DNA of 64,000 nucleotides from Pavona decussata (Eukaryota), in assembly GCA_977016875.1 (NCBI GenBank), contig CDRNST010000060.1, positions 2,356,001 through 2,420,000 of the forward strand, read 5' to 3'. The notes beneath the pieces were generated by a model that searched no databases, had not been told where the DNA came from, and was given only the letters and a program-made list of their open reading frames with translations. Every line of letters begins with the position of its first letter. Within the stretch, counting starts at the first letter, position 1. Below are positions 1 to 11,930 of this stretch, one piece after another. The position numbers and the translations under genes are program-made.

Positions 1-500
1 CATAGTGCAAGACAAAGTAAACTTGCTTTGAATACTCCTTGAAAACTCAGTTTTTAGTGCTTTAATACTCCTTGAATTTTATGTCCAAAAACCAGCACGG
101 ACTGTGATTTTAGTAATGTTGTTGTCACTTAGTTTCATAGGGCCATAAGGGACACTACAGTCTACAGTCATTCATACATACAGTGTTCAATTTTTGATAG
201 ATTTTTTGCTGGAGTTTTATCGTGTGAATTCGTGGAGGTCAGAGGTCATCAAAAAAAGGAGACTGAAATTTGCAAAATTCCTAAAAAGGCCAAGTTTTAG
301 AGCCTTGTCTTTTAACAAAGATATAGTTCTGTAATACTATCCAGGAGGTTTTTGCAGACACTTGTACGAAGATGGGCAAAACTTGTCCTTTTCCATTCAA
401 AAATTTTAAATTTTGCAGGCAATCTCGGTTGTATATTATCGAATATGGAATCTTCTCTAGACTAAAACAGACTTTGATTTGTTGTTAATTCTTAACACAG

Positions 501-1960
501 GTATACACGTGGGGATGTAACGATGAAGGTGCTCTAGGTCGGGCAACGTCAAGCACTGATGGTGATGAGTTTACTGCTGGCCTGGTAAAAGACATGGAAA
601 GTGTCAATGTAGTGATGGTGTCTGCAGGAGACAGTCATACCATGGGTTTATCAGACAAAGGAACTGTGTTTGGATGGGGCACGTACAGGGTAATACAAAT
701 TTATTGTCTTTTTAATAGCGTGCCTGCCACTTTTAAGTAGCTTGCAAATACAGCCACCTATCACTGCTCCGGACAATTTTCAAAGACTGACTGTTATTTC
801 CAGGACTGGTTGCAAGGCAACCATTGTGTAATAGGATAAGGGGGTTCATTTCCAAGGAGAGTGCGATGCTGTGTTGGTGGGGAGTAGAAACAAATGTTTG
901 GTTTATCAACAGAGTTGATAACTAAAGCTAAATAAATATTGGCCACCACAAATTAGCCCTTCTAGATTTGCTCTGACAAAAAGCTAAAGCTTGAACGTCG
1001 GCACTCTAATGTCTTTACGGTGGGCATTTTACCTTTAGTTATCAACTCTGTTTATAAACCAAAGCATAAGTTGTACAATACATTGCCTACATGTAGTGTA
1101 ACACCCCCTTTAGAATCAAATTATTTTTCTTCCAGGATGCAAGTGGACAGGTGGGCCTTCAAGCAGATGGTAGTAAGCACAAGCCTATTGTCATTTTGGC
1201 TCTACAAAATGACTCAGTTATCAAAGTAGCTTCAGGAAACGACCACACCGCTGCGCTGACAAAGAATGGCAACATCTTCACCTGGGGATGTGCTGAGCAG
1301 GGCCAGTTAGGAAGAATAATGGGCTGTTTTACCAGTCGAGGGGGACGCAGGGGTCTGCAGTACATTCTGAACCCCAAACAAGTCAGAGACAGAAAGAAGG
1401 GACTTAAATTTAAAGATGTCTTCTGTGGTAGTTATTCAACATTTGCAGTCGCTCAAGATGATTCCGTATACGCTTGGGGATTGAACAACTATGGCCAACT
1501 GGGAACTGGGGATGTTGAGACATTGTATGCGCCAGCCAAAGTTGAATCACTGACGTCTTTAAGTGATAGATGTGTGAGGATAGCTAGTGGTCAACATCAT
1601 ACAATCGTCCTGGATGCAGCAGGCAAAGTGTACGCAATGGGAAGAGCAGAGTATGGAAGGCTTGGTTTGGGAGAAGACGCAAAGGAGACAGCAATTCCTG
1701 TTCAGGTTACCGCACTTGACAGTAACCGCATTCAAGAGATTGCTTGTGGGGAAGCTGTCAGCTTAGCAGTGTCAACCAAGGGTGATCTGTATTCCTGGGG
1801 ATTCGGAAGTTGTCTGCAGCTAGGAACTGGAGAAGACGAAGACGAGTGCTTACCAACAAAAATGGAAGGGAAGAACTTGCAGTCTGAACTGCATGAGGTG
1901 TTAGGGGTCTCTGCGGGAGGCCAACATACAGCAATGCTTGTAAGAGACAGGACACAGTGA
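501..1960 (+). CDS. RCC1: Regulator of chromosome condensation 1 (Ran GEF), last two coding exons: 501-689 and 1136-1960; 5' part lies outside the window
   Basis: cag|GTA TAC ACG TGG gives [14 protein letters not shown]...SAGDSHT...GWGTYR|gt (189 nt). The phase-0 acceptor ttccag|GAT GCA joins the ORF-track frame with RCC1 repeats ([46 protein letters not shown]) and stop TGA at 1958-1960. Confidence 0.93.
897..1063. mobile_element. Palindromic Penelope-like element remnant in RCC1 intron
   Basis: About 30-bp inverted arms (tttggtttatcaacagagttgataactaaag / ctttagttatcaactctgtttataaaccaaa) around ctctgacaaaaagctaaagcttgaacgtc, which resembles the ctgacga...gaaacgtc core of Penelope terminal repeats. 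Confidence 0.5.
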
Positions 1961-2190
1961 AATGACAATGCTGTTTCATTCTAGAGTAGTCAGTCCATTC
2001 AAAATTATGGCATAGCTGTGTGCTAGCACATGAAAAATTGGTTGGACATGTCTTTCATGAATGGAGATACTCATGAATTTCTTCAACTGGATTTTTAATA
2101 TTAATTTTCTTTTTATGATGTACAGTGTACTTGTATATTATACAGGCAATTGAATTATTTTTGTTCAAGACGATCAGTCAGTTTGCTTAT

Positions 2191-2196
2191 AATAAA
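2191..2196 (+). promoter_or_regulatory. Candidate RCC1 polyadenylation signal
   Basis: AATAAA about 230 nt after the stop; another occurs near 2847. Confidence 0.35.
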
Positions 2197-3805
2197 TCAT
2201 AACAATAATTTATAAGAAATTATCCTAATGTAATAAGATCCAGGAATATACATGTAGAGTGTATCAGTGAGTGTCTTATAGCAGCTAATAATTTTATTAC
2301 ATGCTAAAAGACACTGACTTTCCCTATTGCTTTTTCTTGTTCTTTAAACTATTTACAAATCAAAGGCAGTTTGATTTTGTTTCATAGGTTATATTGAACT
2401 AAGTTTCCTCGGTTTTGTGAAATTAATCTAATGGACAAGCAGCCACATCCAAATATAATTATTTCGTCAAGAAAACTTGGTCTTTCTCGTACTCTCAATA
2501 ATTACAATTTTCTTGTTTATGGATCACCATGATCTAACAGTGTTACATAATTGCACAAGTTTACTAAAGTAATGCGAATTTCTTTCTTTGAATTGTAAAA
2601 CTTTATTTTTTCTTTTACGTCTCATTATTTCCCAACACTTTGTAATTTTATTTTAGTGTAAGCAGATACACTGTAAAGGAACAGACTAAAATGTTATAAT
2701 CTGCTACAGAAGATTTATTTTGTGGAAGACTTAGTCCTTGCTTGTTAAATAACGTCACGCCTGTTGAAACTGTTGTCAAAATAGAACTTTTTTTCTATTT
2801 TCATAAATAATATGACAATGGCTCCTAGGGAGCAAACTCAGTGGGAAATAAAATTATTTTAGCAACTGGAATTGTAGATTGTTTAGACTTAAAGGGTGGC
2901 CCACAAGTGATTTTTTGCTTCCAATTTGGCCCAATTCAACAAAAATAAAATATCATTTAATGATAGAGTAGAGAACAATCAGCCCAATTTGTAAAAACAT
3001 GTGGCAGTGCTACAGACTATTTGAATCAGATTGATTCTCACCTTGCACTACAGAATCAAGCTCGCCTGACAAAATAGTAATTATTTCGTCAATTATTGCA
3101 ACATGTAAATTGCCCCATAATATTTAACTTACTAATAATTATTGGGCCAATAAATAATATTGGTACATGTAAACTAGCCTTCAACTAGCTAATTATATGT
3201 GATTTTTCACAAAATTTATGTCTTCATTTTATTTCTATTTAATGGCTTGTTTGAGCAGATACATGAAACAATATTTCTGTCAAGAGAGCAATAATTTCTT
3301 CAGTATATCAAATACCCAAAAATTTCATTAAAAAAATATTTGATACACTTTCAGTTCTCTTTTCCATGTTGGAAATCTTTCACAAGTCATGCACTTTCCT
3401 TTAAACCAAACAAACCAGGCTTATTACAAGCCACTGTAAGTTCTTGAAAATGAATCTGTGTTCCTCCCCTGAGGGGATGTGAGAAAGCGGTAGAAATTGA
3501 CAGATACCATGCAGATCTTTTCCAGGGCAAGGGGGTCCGTAATTATTGTTTCTGTTGTTTGTTCATTGATCCGCTGATGCTCACTTCACAGTGTACACCA
3601 CTAGAAGCTCTTCAGCTGGTGAGGAACTGAGAGCTTGCTGCCTACTACTACAAAACATTTTGAGAGGAATGGCTAAACTTTCAAATGCATGTACAACTTG
3701 ATTCAGGATGATCACATCAACTTCTCAAAAAGTCATGCACTTGAAAGGTCCCCTTATGAGAGTTCCTTTCTTGAAAGGCCCCAGCAATATTAGAATCTTT
3801 ACAAG

Positions 3806-4681
3806 TCAGCACCATCCACAGTCAAAGTCTTGAGAGCCATCTTGACACCCATGGACACCTTCAGCATCAACATAGAACAAACAAGTGGAGCTTGGAAGAT
3901 GAGGCGCAAAAACAACCCGGAGACATCTCTTGATTACTGAGCTTGCGTCCTGAACACAGTCAAAGAAAAATTGGAAAGAAAAGTGTTACATTTTAAATAT
4001 GCAATCTCTTAACATTGAGCTTGTCACAAATAACCACACACCTAGAGATGACGAAGCAATAAACTTAATGTGTACTTCCTGAAAATATCCATACCTTCCC
4101 CACAGAAGGGATTTTTTTCAAGACCTCCCACCCCTCTGGAAATTCCAATTAAGCTTGGTATCCAGTTAAATGTTTTGGTCTTAGAGAACCCCCACCCTCC
4201 AGGAAATTCCAATCCCTTCTGTGGGGGGAGTATGGATATTTTTTTGGAAATGCACATTGGAGTTTTGGCAACATGATTATCTTTTGGAATTTTTCACCAA
4301 GCCAAAAAAATTCTTCTTACCTTGGTATCTGACCTATCATTCTGAGGCTGCATTAGTTGCTCTGTCCTGGATAACATCAGTCGCACAGTCACCATACTGG
4401 ACCAGGCCATACCCAGAGCAGGAATAACAGCCTTGTGAGATCCACTTGACCCTCTGATGAGAAGAACAAAACAAAAGGTTCCACATTTAAATTAAAGGTA
4501 ATTACCGGTAAATCAATAGCGAAAAATATTGATATTTGTGTCTGACAGTTTCTTTAAATTGTGGCAAACCTGTTGGTTTCAGTTTGAATGACATCAGAGA
4601 CCTGAAATGCAATGCAAAAAATCAGACAACTGAATGCAAATTATGCGCTGAAAACACCTGTAATGGAATCCCAGATCCTAC

Positions 4682-4745
<64 letters not shown>

Positions 4746-7700
4746 TTTATCCAGGGAGCCCACTCGCCTTGGCGGTTTTCAGTGGGGCCCTGCAAATTAA
4801 AAATGAAATAAAAAATAAAATTACCTAAAAATTATTTCACAAGATCAAACGAATTTAAAAATAGCTAAAAAATCATCATTCACAAACTTTTAAGCTTTGC
4901 CTTAAAAAGGGACAATGATTTGATGTTTTTAAAGTCATTGTCTACACTGTTCCAGTCCTTAGAGGCTTGATAAATAAAAGTTTGCTTGCCCCAATTGGTA
5001 CGCACGCGAGGAAGGTGTAAATCATTACTTCTACGAGTTAGATAAGAATGAAAACTACTATTGCGTCTGACGTCAAATTTGGAACAAGTGCCTAGCTCAA
5101 GTTGCTGTAGTATGAAGTGGCTAAGAACAAAATTATTACTCCCCTTGTGAATCCATAGTTGTCATTTTTATTATGAACAAAGGATGGTCATGTTTGAAAA
5201 TTAAACCACATTCTACCAGCAATAACCATAACGAGAATAGCCTCTAGAGATTTATTGGTTAAGGTAAATTTGGAAAACGTATCATTTGGCGAAGTTTTTC
5301 TTGCGCAAACCCATTTCTTCTAAAAAACCTCTTAAAATGAAGGATTTTTTGATTAGTAATATTTAGTAAATTTTGGGTGCCAATTCTGGAATAGGACAAA
5401 TCAAAATCAATGTACCCTAAGTCAGTATCCAAACCTAGAGCATTTTAAATTGACTAAGAGCAATGCAACATTGCTGTATCAAGAACCTGCGATCTCGTTG
5501 CACCAAGCATGCCTGCTGTGACACAAAGCAAAGGGATCACTGTCTCCAGTAGCCTCCCATGCAGTCATTTTTAAAAACGACTGCGTGGGAGGCTATGTCT
5601 CCAGGGACAGGACTAAGAAGTTTTAGAGTACAGACCTGATTAACACACACCACAGGGATACCATGCTGATGGCTCAGCTTGTGAAGCTGTGCTCCAGATG
5701 AGCGGAGAACCTTGGCTCGCTTGGACGTTTCTCCAAAGGAATACTCCACACGGAAGAGAGCAGCAATGGAATCAATAATCACGAGCTTAATGGCCCCTCT
5801 ATTGAGTAGCACAGGTAAGCGATGGGTGATTATATTCCTCAAATCATCCTGTACAATTTAAAAGCATACTATGACTTCAGGATAATTGAAAGTGATTTCA
5901 AAAATCTAATATACACTGTTGTTTAAACCTGGTTTAAGTTTAATGCGTATTTTGGAAAATGATTGAGAGATCTAGAGAAACATAAACTCAAGCCCAATAA
6001 TTATTATAATATTTGAATCTGTCATTCTGTTAGTTTACCCATTAGTCCAGCTTTCCCCAGCTTTACTCATCGCACTCAAGTAACCCCAAATAAGTCAAAC
6101 CTTTTCAATCAAGCAGGGCTTTGTTTTTCCTGACAGTTTGATTTATCAAGATTCTACTGAATAAAAAGACTTTTACTAAACCTTCAAAAACTCATTAATA
6201 ATTCATTGACCTATCAAATGGTCGATAAAACATCACGTACAGTGGTTTTAAAACCTGATAAAACCTCCTCCTTATTAGTATGCGGTGTTTAACGTTTTTC
6301 TCATATGCTAATTTCCAATGTTCACGTTATGAACTCTCTTGACACACGCTTTTCCAGGAATGTTTTTAGAGTCATTCAAAAAACTTGCAGCACATGTTTC
6401 ATCAGGTCTAAAACCACTCAGCTGTGCCTCACGGTTTTAAATCCCGATAAAACACTGCTGCTTGTGTTTTAAACAATACATTAGAGTGTTGCCTCAGAGT
6501 TCTCCCTACCAGTCATTGGAAATGGCAGACCATTAAGCTAATCCCCTGGGACTGGATTGGGCCTTAAATAAAATACCTGGCATACTAGACCTTGCTAATA
6601 GGCCCATGCTAAACTCCAGGTTCACTTTATAGTCTGTGGTGTGCATCTTGTAGACTAAAAGAAGGGCTGGGCCCTTAGTTGGCGGTTAGACAAGACACCT
6701 CAGTCAACAACTTGTAAACTTGGTATGAAAAATTATTCTTGGAACTCACCACATCAGCTGCATGTTCAATGAATATATTGTCACTGAAGTTGACTTTCAC
6801 AGCTGAATGAGACGTATGATTTCTGACAAAACACTGTGTGAGTTGATGAAGCCTTTTGCTAGGAAACACATCCTCAGTTGAGATATAAACTGCACCTGTT
6901 TGGAACGTAGAGGGCACTGTATTACACATTAATTTAAGGCAAAGAACATTGTGTGACTAATCTGATAGAGCAGTCCAATGGCTCTTTAGTGCTGATGCCT
7001 TACCCATGTTTCTGTAACATCACATGGAATGGCAACTGGAGTACTAACTACAATACTACTACTCCATACTGGAATGAACTCTAGTGCCAAGGTAGGATGA
7101 CCAGCATAGAGAAATCCATGAATTCTAGACAATTCCAGTTGAGGTCTAGTTGAAATGAATATCTAATGTAACTATACACATAAGAATTTTGTGTACCTCC
7201 CCCAAGTCCACCTCTCTCCTCAGGCAACTGAACGGTCAGGCACAGCTGTAGACAGATCTGTGTTTTCCCAGAGGAGCTCTCTCCTGTCACCTCTGTAATC
7301 CCTTGCCTGAGAATGCCCCCACGAAGAAAGCTATCCAGTATTTGGCACCCTAAAGTCAATCTTTGTCCCATGGGTGAGCCTTGACCCTGTGCTGTGCTGT
7401 TGCAGAATGACAGGGCAGTTCTCATAGGTGGACATGGGAGAGAATATGAAACAGCTTTCAAAAGCATGGACACATCAAATAAGGACAGCTTTGTAGTTCG
7501 TTCGAGGTCTGCTGCTGACATGCAGAGGATGGTCCCAAGACTTGTCAGCCTTGCTGTAAATAGAATGCAACTGAAATGAGAGCTTGTGTGATATCTCTCT
7601 ATTAGATGCTTGGACACTTCTCTAAGATGGATACCTCTAGAATGGACACCCCTCTTAGGTGGACATCTCTGTAATTAAGACAGACACTCAGCAAAGATGG

Positions 7701-8618
7701 ACACCCCTCTTAGGTGGATTTCTCTCCAAGATGGACACCTCTCTAATTAAGGTAGACACTCACTAAAGATGGACACCTTGCTGTAAATTTTATTAATAGA
7801 ATGCAACCAAAATGAGAGCTTGTGAAATGACTCTCTATTATATTAGATGCTTGGACACCTATCTAAGGTAGATACCTCTCTAATTAATACAGACACTCAG
7901 CAAAGATGGACACCCCTCTTAGGTGGATTCCTTTCTAAGATGGGCACTTCTCTAATTATTAGGACAGACACTCAGCAAATTGGACACTCCTGTTAGGTGG
8001 ATTCCTCTCCAAGATGGGCACCTCTCTAATTATTAGGACAGACACTCAGCAAATTGGACAGTTCTCTCAGATAGATTCCTCTCCAAGATGGACACCTCTC
8101 TAATAAAGGCAGACACTCACTAACCTCTCTCATGCGATGTACACCTCTCAAAGTCGTACAGAGAGGGGGGAGGGAGACAGGTAGGGGAGAAGGCACCTTA
8201 TGGCCCTATGTTAAAATGTAGAACAGCTGCTGGCTGAGAAAAGACTGGTATGAACTTTAAGCTTGATGTTTGATATCCAGTATTTATAATCGTTTTACGA
8301 AAAGTTCCAACAAAACAAATAAACAATGATCATGTTCTCGAATGTGCACCAAGATCACAGGTCACTGGAGCTAGCGCTGTGGTTTAATACCTTTTAACTA
8401 CTTCAGTTTTTATTTCTTTATTGAGTGATGCAAAAGAACATGTCAGCTAAGAGAAAATAACGTCATTTTATCCAACGTGCACCAAAATGATCATCAGGTC
8501 AACTGAAATGAACTTTTTTATCGAGACTAGTCTGAAAAAAAGCTTATCTTTCTATCCTACCCTTTTTGAGCGCTGTAATGATTCGAGGATGAACATCCAA
8601 CCTTTCCACATTGTTCAT
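3806..8618 (-). CDS. XRCC3: DNA repair protein XRCC3 (RAD51 paralog), 7 coding exons: 8618-8561, 7553-7197, 6895-6750, 5848-5636, 4601-4570, 4453-4321, 3949-3806; 360 aa
   Basis: All introns are GT-AG with compatible phases; exon lengths total 1083 nt. N-terminus MNNVERLDVHPRIITALKKARL, Walker A GESSSGKT, AVYISTED-FP-KRL, Walker B LVIIDSIAALFR, VVCVNQV, PALGMAW and C-terminal LRVVFAPHLP...AEGV all match XRCC3. Confidence 0.93.
4067..4258. mobile_element. MITE in XRCC3 intron 6
   Basis: About 45-bp imperfect TIRs aatgtgtacttcctgaaaatatccatacc...cacagaaggga / tcccttctgtg...gtatggatatt...ggaaatgcacatt; no coding capacity. Confidence 0.75.
4682..4744 (+). repeat. (AAT)n microsatellite (LINE tail)
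   Basis: About 21 perfect AAT units. Confidence 0.95.
4682..5080 (-). mobile_element. 5'-truncated LINE (CR1/L2-like) 3' end with (TTA)n tail
   Basis: Minus strand 5080-4880 reads KFDVRRNSSFHSYLTRRSNDLHLPRVRTNWGKQTFIYQASKDWNSVDNDFKNIKSLSLFKAKLKSL*, typical of a CR1/L2 ORF2 C-terminus, followed by a short 3'UTR and about 21 TTA units. Confidence 0.8.
5550..5595. mobile_element. 46-bp minimal MITE (TIRs only) with 9-bp TSD
   Basis: Palindrome tagcctcccatgcagtcattttt/aaaaacgactgcgtgggaggcta flanked by the perfect direct repeat tgtctccag (5541-5549, 5596-5604). Confidence 0.85.
7610..8125 (+). repeat. Degenerate tandem array (~18-bp aagatggacacctctct subunits in ~73-bp higher-order units) in XRCC3 intron 1
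   Basis: cagacactcagcaaagatggacacccctcttaggtggattcctctccaagatggacacctctctaatt recurs at about 7681, 7753, 7890, 7965 and 8039. Confidence 0.85.
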
Positions 8619-8820
8619 CGTAGATTCGCTTTCCTTTTTAGAGAGACAGGATGTCGTTGTAGACCATAAATTCTCTGAAATACAGTCACGACATTTTGCT
8701 CATTTGAAAAAAGCGCCTTGCCGCCATGATGAACTGCTTGCAAAGGCTTGTGGTATGTTGACTGGGTTCCAGATCTCCGTGTCTTCAGTCCGCCGCCACT
8801 GAACTTTTTAGCTTGAGCAA

Positions 8821-9195
8821 AGGCCTGTTCCAAACGTCGCGCTACTACCGTGCCGAACTATTAAAATTCAAGAATTTAATTCGATTTAAACACGGCAGTA
8901 GCACGAGGTTTGAAACCATTTAGTTCGGCAGGCTGAACTTAGTTTGGCACGACCATTTAGCACGGCAGGCCCTGTCGTGCTGCACGGCAGTACTTAGCGC
9001 GACTTGGTTTCAAACGGCGTGCTATTGCCGTGCTGAACTAAATTCATAAATTATTTTAATGTATTTTGGGTTAATTTTGTCGTTTTCTATATATTATATA
9101 TTTTAGAAATTGGCGCGACTGAATTAAATTCGACGTTTGAAACCACCGCAGGGTCTAATTCGGCACGGCAGTAGCACGACGTTTGGAACAGGCCT
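8821..9195. mobile_element. MITE (Harbinger-like termini) about 200 bp upstream of the XRCC3 start codon
   Basis: TIRs aggcctgttccaaacgtcg..ctact.ccgtgccgaa / ttcggcacggcagtagcacgacgtttggaacaggcct; internal copies of gcacggcagtagcacg in both orientations. Confidence 0.8.
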
Positions 9196-9414
9196 TTTAA
9201 ATTAAATTTAGCCGTCTTCTCTTGGCCAAGCGATTGCCTGTTCACATAGCTAAAATTAGCCTGTGAACATTCTTATCCCTACCTTTGCAGGTAGGGATAA
9301 GGCTAAAGCTAAAGAAAATCCAGGCATAGTAAAATGCTCTACTAAAAAAAATTCATCAAAAAGGGGCTCAGATACTCAGGCCTGGGTACTTTGGACGCAA
9401 ACTAGGAGGGGCCT

Positions 9415-9554
9415 NNNNNNNNNNNNNNNNNNNNNNNNNNNNNNNNNNNNNNNNNNNNNNNNNNNNNNNNNNNNNNNNNNNNNNNNNNNNNNNNNNNNNN
9501 NNNNNNNNNNNNNNNNNNNNNNNNNNNNNNNNNNNNNNNNNNNNNNNNNNNNNN
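9415..9554. other. Assembly gap
   Basis: Run of N. Confidence 1.
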
Positions 9555-11867
9555 TTTATTTTTTCCTACCATATGTGAGACAGAATTATGACCCTGTTGA
9601 CGTTTTTGCATGATTTTTCTGAAGTGAAGTCGGCCATTGTTTACAGAAAAATTGCATGGGCTCCATTTTTTAAAATTAATTAGTGAGAATGAAAAAAGAG
9701 GTGATTTGAATTGCCAGTAGCTTTCGTAGCCAGCTATCCAGTGACAGTTCAAACCACAGAAAATGTAAACAAACAGACAGTAACTTGACTTCACTTGGCT
9801 ATTTTTTGCATGTAAGTCGCCTTTTATTTTACTTCCTTCAGATGTTCATTAGATTTAATGAAGATCTTCAAAAATAGAAATTGCTTTCCTTGCATATCTT
9901 TTCTAAGACAAAGAAACAAGACTTTAAGGCATCCTAAAAAATTTTATCCCGAACCAGTGGTTGCATGCAAGCATGCTTTTTCCACCCCATAACCCCACCC
10001 ACCTCTCCACCTCTATACGTTACTATTTGTAGCAGCAACTTTAAAGCATGCCATCAAAACTTAATGAATTTCATGTAAAAATCAGAAATTTGATCAAGAC
10101 GTCAAGAAATCTGTTAAAACTGTTTTAAGTAATCAAAATTGCCCAAATTATTTCTCGCTTAATCTTCGACAGGGACTGAAAATCGCAGTCTTCCACTGGG
10201 GCAATTTAAGATATTTTGCTCCCTGCCGCGTACTCGCATGCCTACTGGATGCCGGACGAGGTAATATATCATCAGATAACCAACGCCATGAATACAATGG
10301 ACCTGTATTGATCAAAAGAATCCACAAATTACAGAAAAATATGTCCGCATACGTAACAAAATTTCAGGTTTAACCAGTTTATAATCACTTATCTTGCATG
10401 GATGACCCCCCGGAGAGCCCAGTTTCTCGGTTCTGTACATCAATGATCGAGAGTGACTTCACCAGACAGCCATCTCTCACGCGATTTATTTCTCGCGGTT
10501 CCTATAATCATCATATTGGCCTGGGATCACAATATTAACCTGCCGCAAGGAACGCAAACTATACCTAATACAGGTTAATTGAAGTACAATGGATTAAAGT
10601 AAACCACCTGTTTGAGCATCGATCGCAGTTGACTAACCATGCACAACATAAAAGGAATATAACAGGGTTGTCTCGGCCCATGTCGTCGACACTTAATTAC
10701 TACTAGATGGACACCCCACGAAGAACCATCGGCATCTCTTTGTCATGTTCCTTGTGTTCGCTGTCTTGCTAAACTAAAAAATAAAGTTTGCCTGTAGCTC
10801 CATTGTTTGGCTCTTCCCTGCAAGGTTAAAAGCGAGTGAAACGAAAGTCGAATTGCGCGCGGATCACACGATCTTATATTATCAGCCGCGAAGACGCCCG
10901 AACATCTGATAGTCCCTCTCACGCCCCAACAAACAATCAATCATGTGGTATGACTATAACCCCGGCCCTCCCTCAACTCAATCATAAGATATATTTATAC
11001 TAGTGATGTGGTTTTAGTTTATTGAGTCTGTGGTTAAAATCCTATAGCGTGTCCATTCAAGTACGAGCAGCACTCTCTTGAGGTCGCAGGCTGTTTACCT
11101 AAAAATCTTTTTGTTTCTCAGGAGAGATTTTATTTTAGGCCTCGTTTGTCAAACTTTTTATTCAGTGAAGCGTGGTACTGGCGCATGGCCGGTTTGCACC
11201 TTACGTAACCTTGTGATGATGTAAGCTTTTCTTGGTCTATCGTCTCCAGTCTCGCATCAAATTTTGTAGCAGATCAAAGAACTGCGGCCGCATTCAAACA
11301 AAACATGCAACCTCGATCCTAAGACAAGGAACTCTCTCCCCCTACCCCCTTCCCGAGGGGTACTTCTCTATATAAGCTATAAGCCAAAAGGTATGGTTTT
11401 TGAGCCGTTTTGGAGCTAAATTCCGTGGAGTACTCCTCTCCCACCGGGTCCCCTTCCGATGATCTTGTAGGAGTGGTGAGTGGTAAGCTTAGCATATTTT
11501 TCTGCGAGCTTTTAAAAAGCTTTTTTAGTCTTACAATAGAAATCGAAACTCCAAAACAGCTTCGTATTAAAAGAAATCGAGATTGTCAGACCTCTGCGAA
11601 TCTGATTAACATTTTGCAAGAAGCTTTCTTTTCTCTTAAGATATTGATATTTTTTGTCAGATATAAAGATGGTCGAGGAAATGCCATATAAAAATCGTCA
11701 TGGTTTCCTGCGAGTACCCAGGTCGGTTTGTAGTTCCGACAGGATGGATGGCCCAGTTCAATCAATCAATCAATCAATGTTTATTTGCCCTATTCAATGT
11801 TTTCTCACAGCAATATTATTTTCTAATAGCTTAGGCGCAATGCGCAATGCAAACCTCAACATCTGAA

Positions 11868-11930
11868 TCGAGAGCAGACGCCTTTCCGGCTTTTGTTTCA
11901 GCCGGAAAAGGTGTCTACTCTCGCAGGCTA
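11868..11930. repeat. Hairpin / MITE remnant
   Basis: cgagagcagacgcctttccggct-loop-agccggaaaaggtgtctactctcg, ending in gcaggcta like the other tagcct-family termini. Confidence 0.55.

Noticed and set aside
970-1000. Active hammerhead ribozyme in the Penelope-like remnant
   Set aside because: Core is mutated (ctgacaa instead of CTGANGA; gaac instead of GAAA).
4536-4811. Poly-isoleucine ORF
   Set aside because: Translation of the (AAT)n microsatellite, antisense to XRCC3.
7610-8125. CRISPR-like repeat array
   Set aside because: Units are contiguous and degenerate with no unique spacers, lie in a eukaryotic intron, and no cas genes are present.
9263-9794. ORFs of 116-130 aa (likewise 19766-20226)
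   Set aside because: Open only because they cross N gaps.
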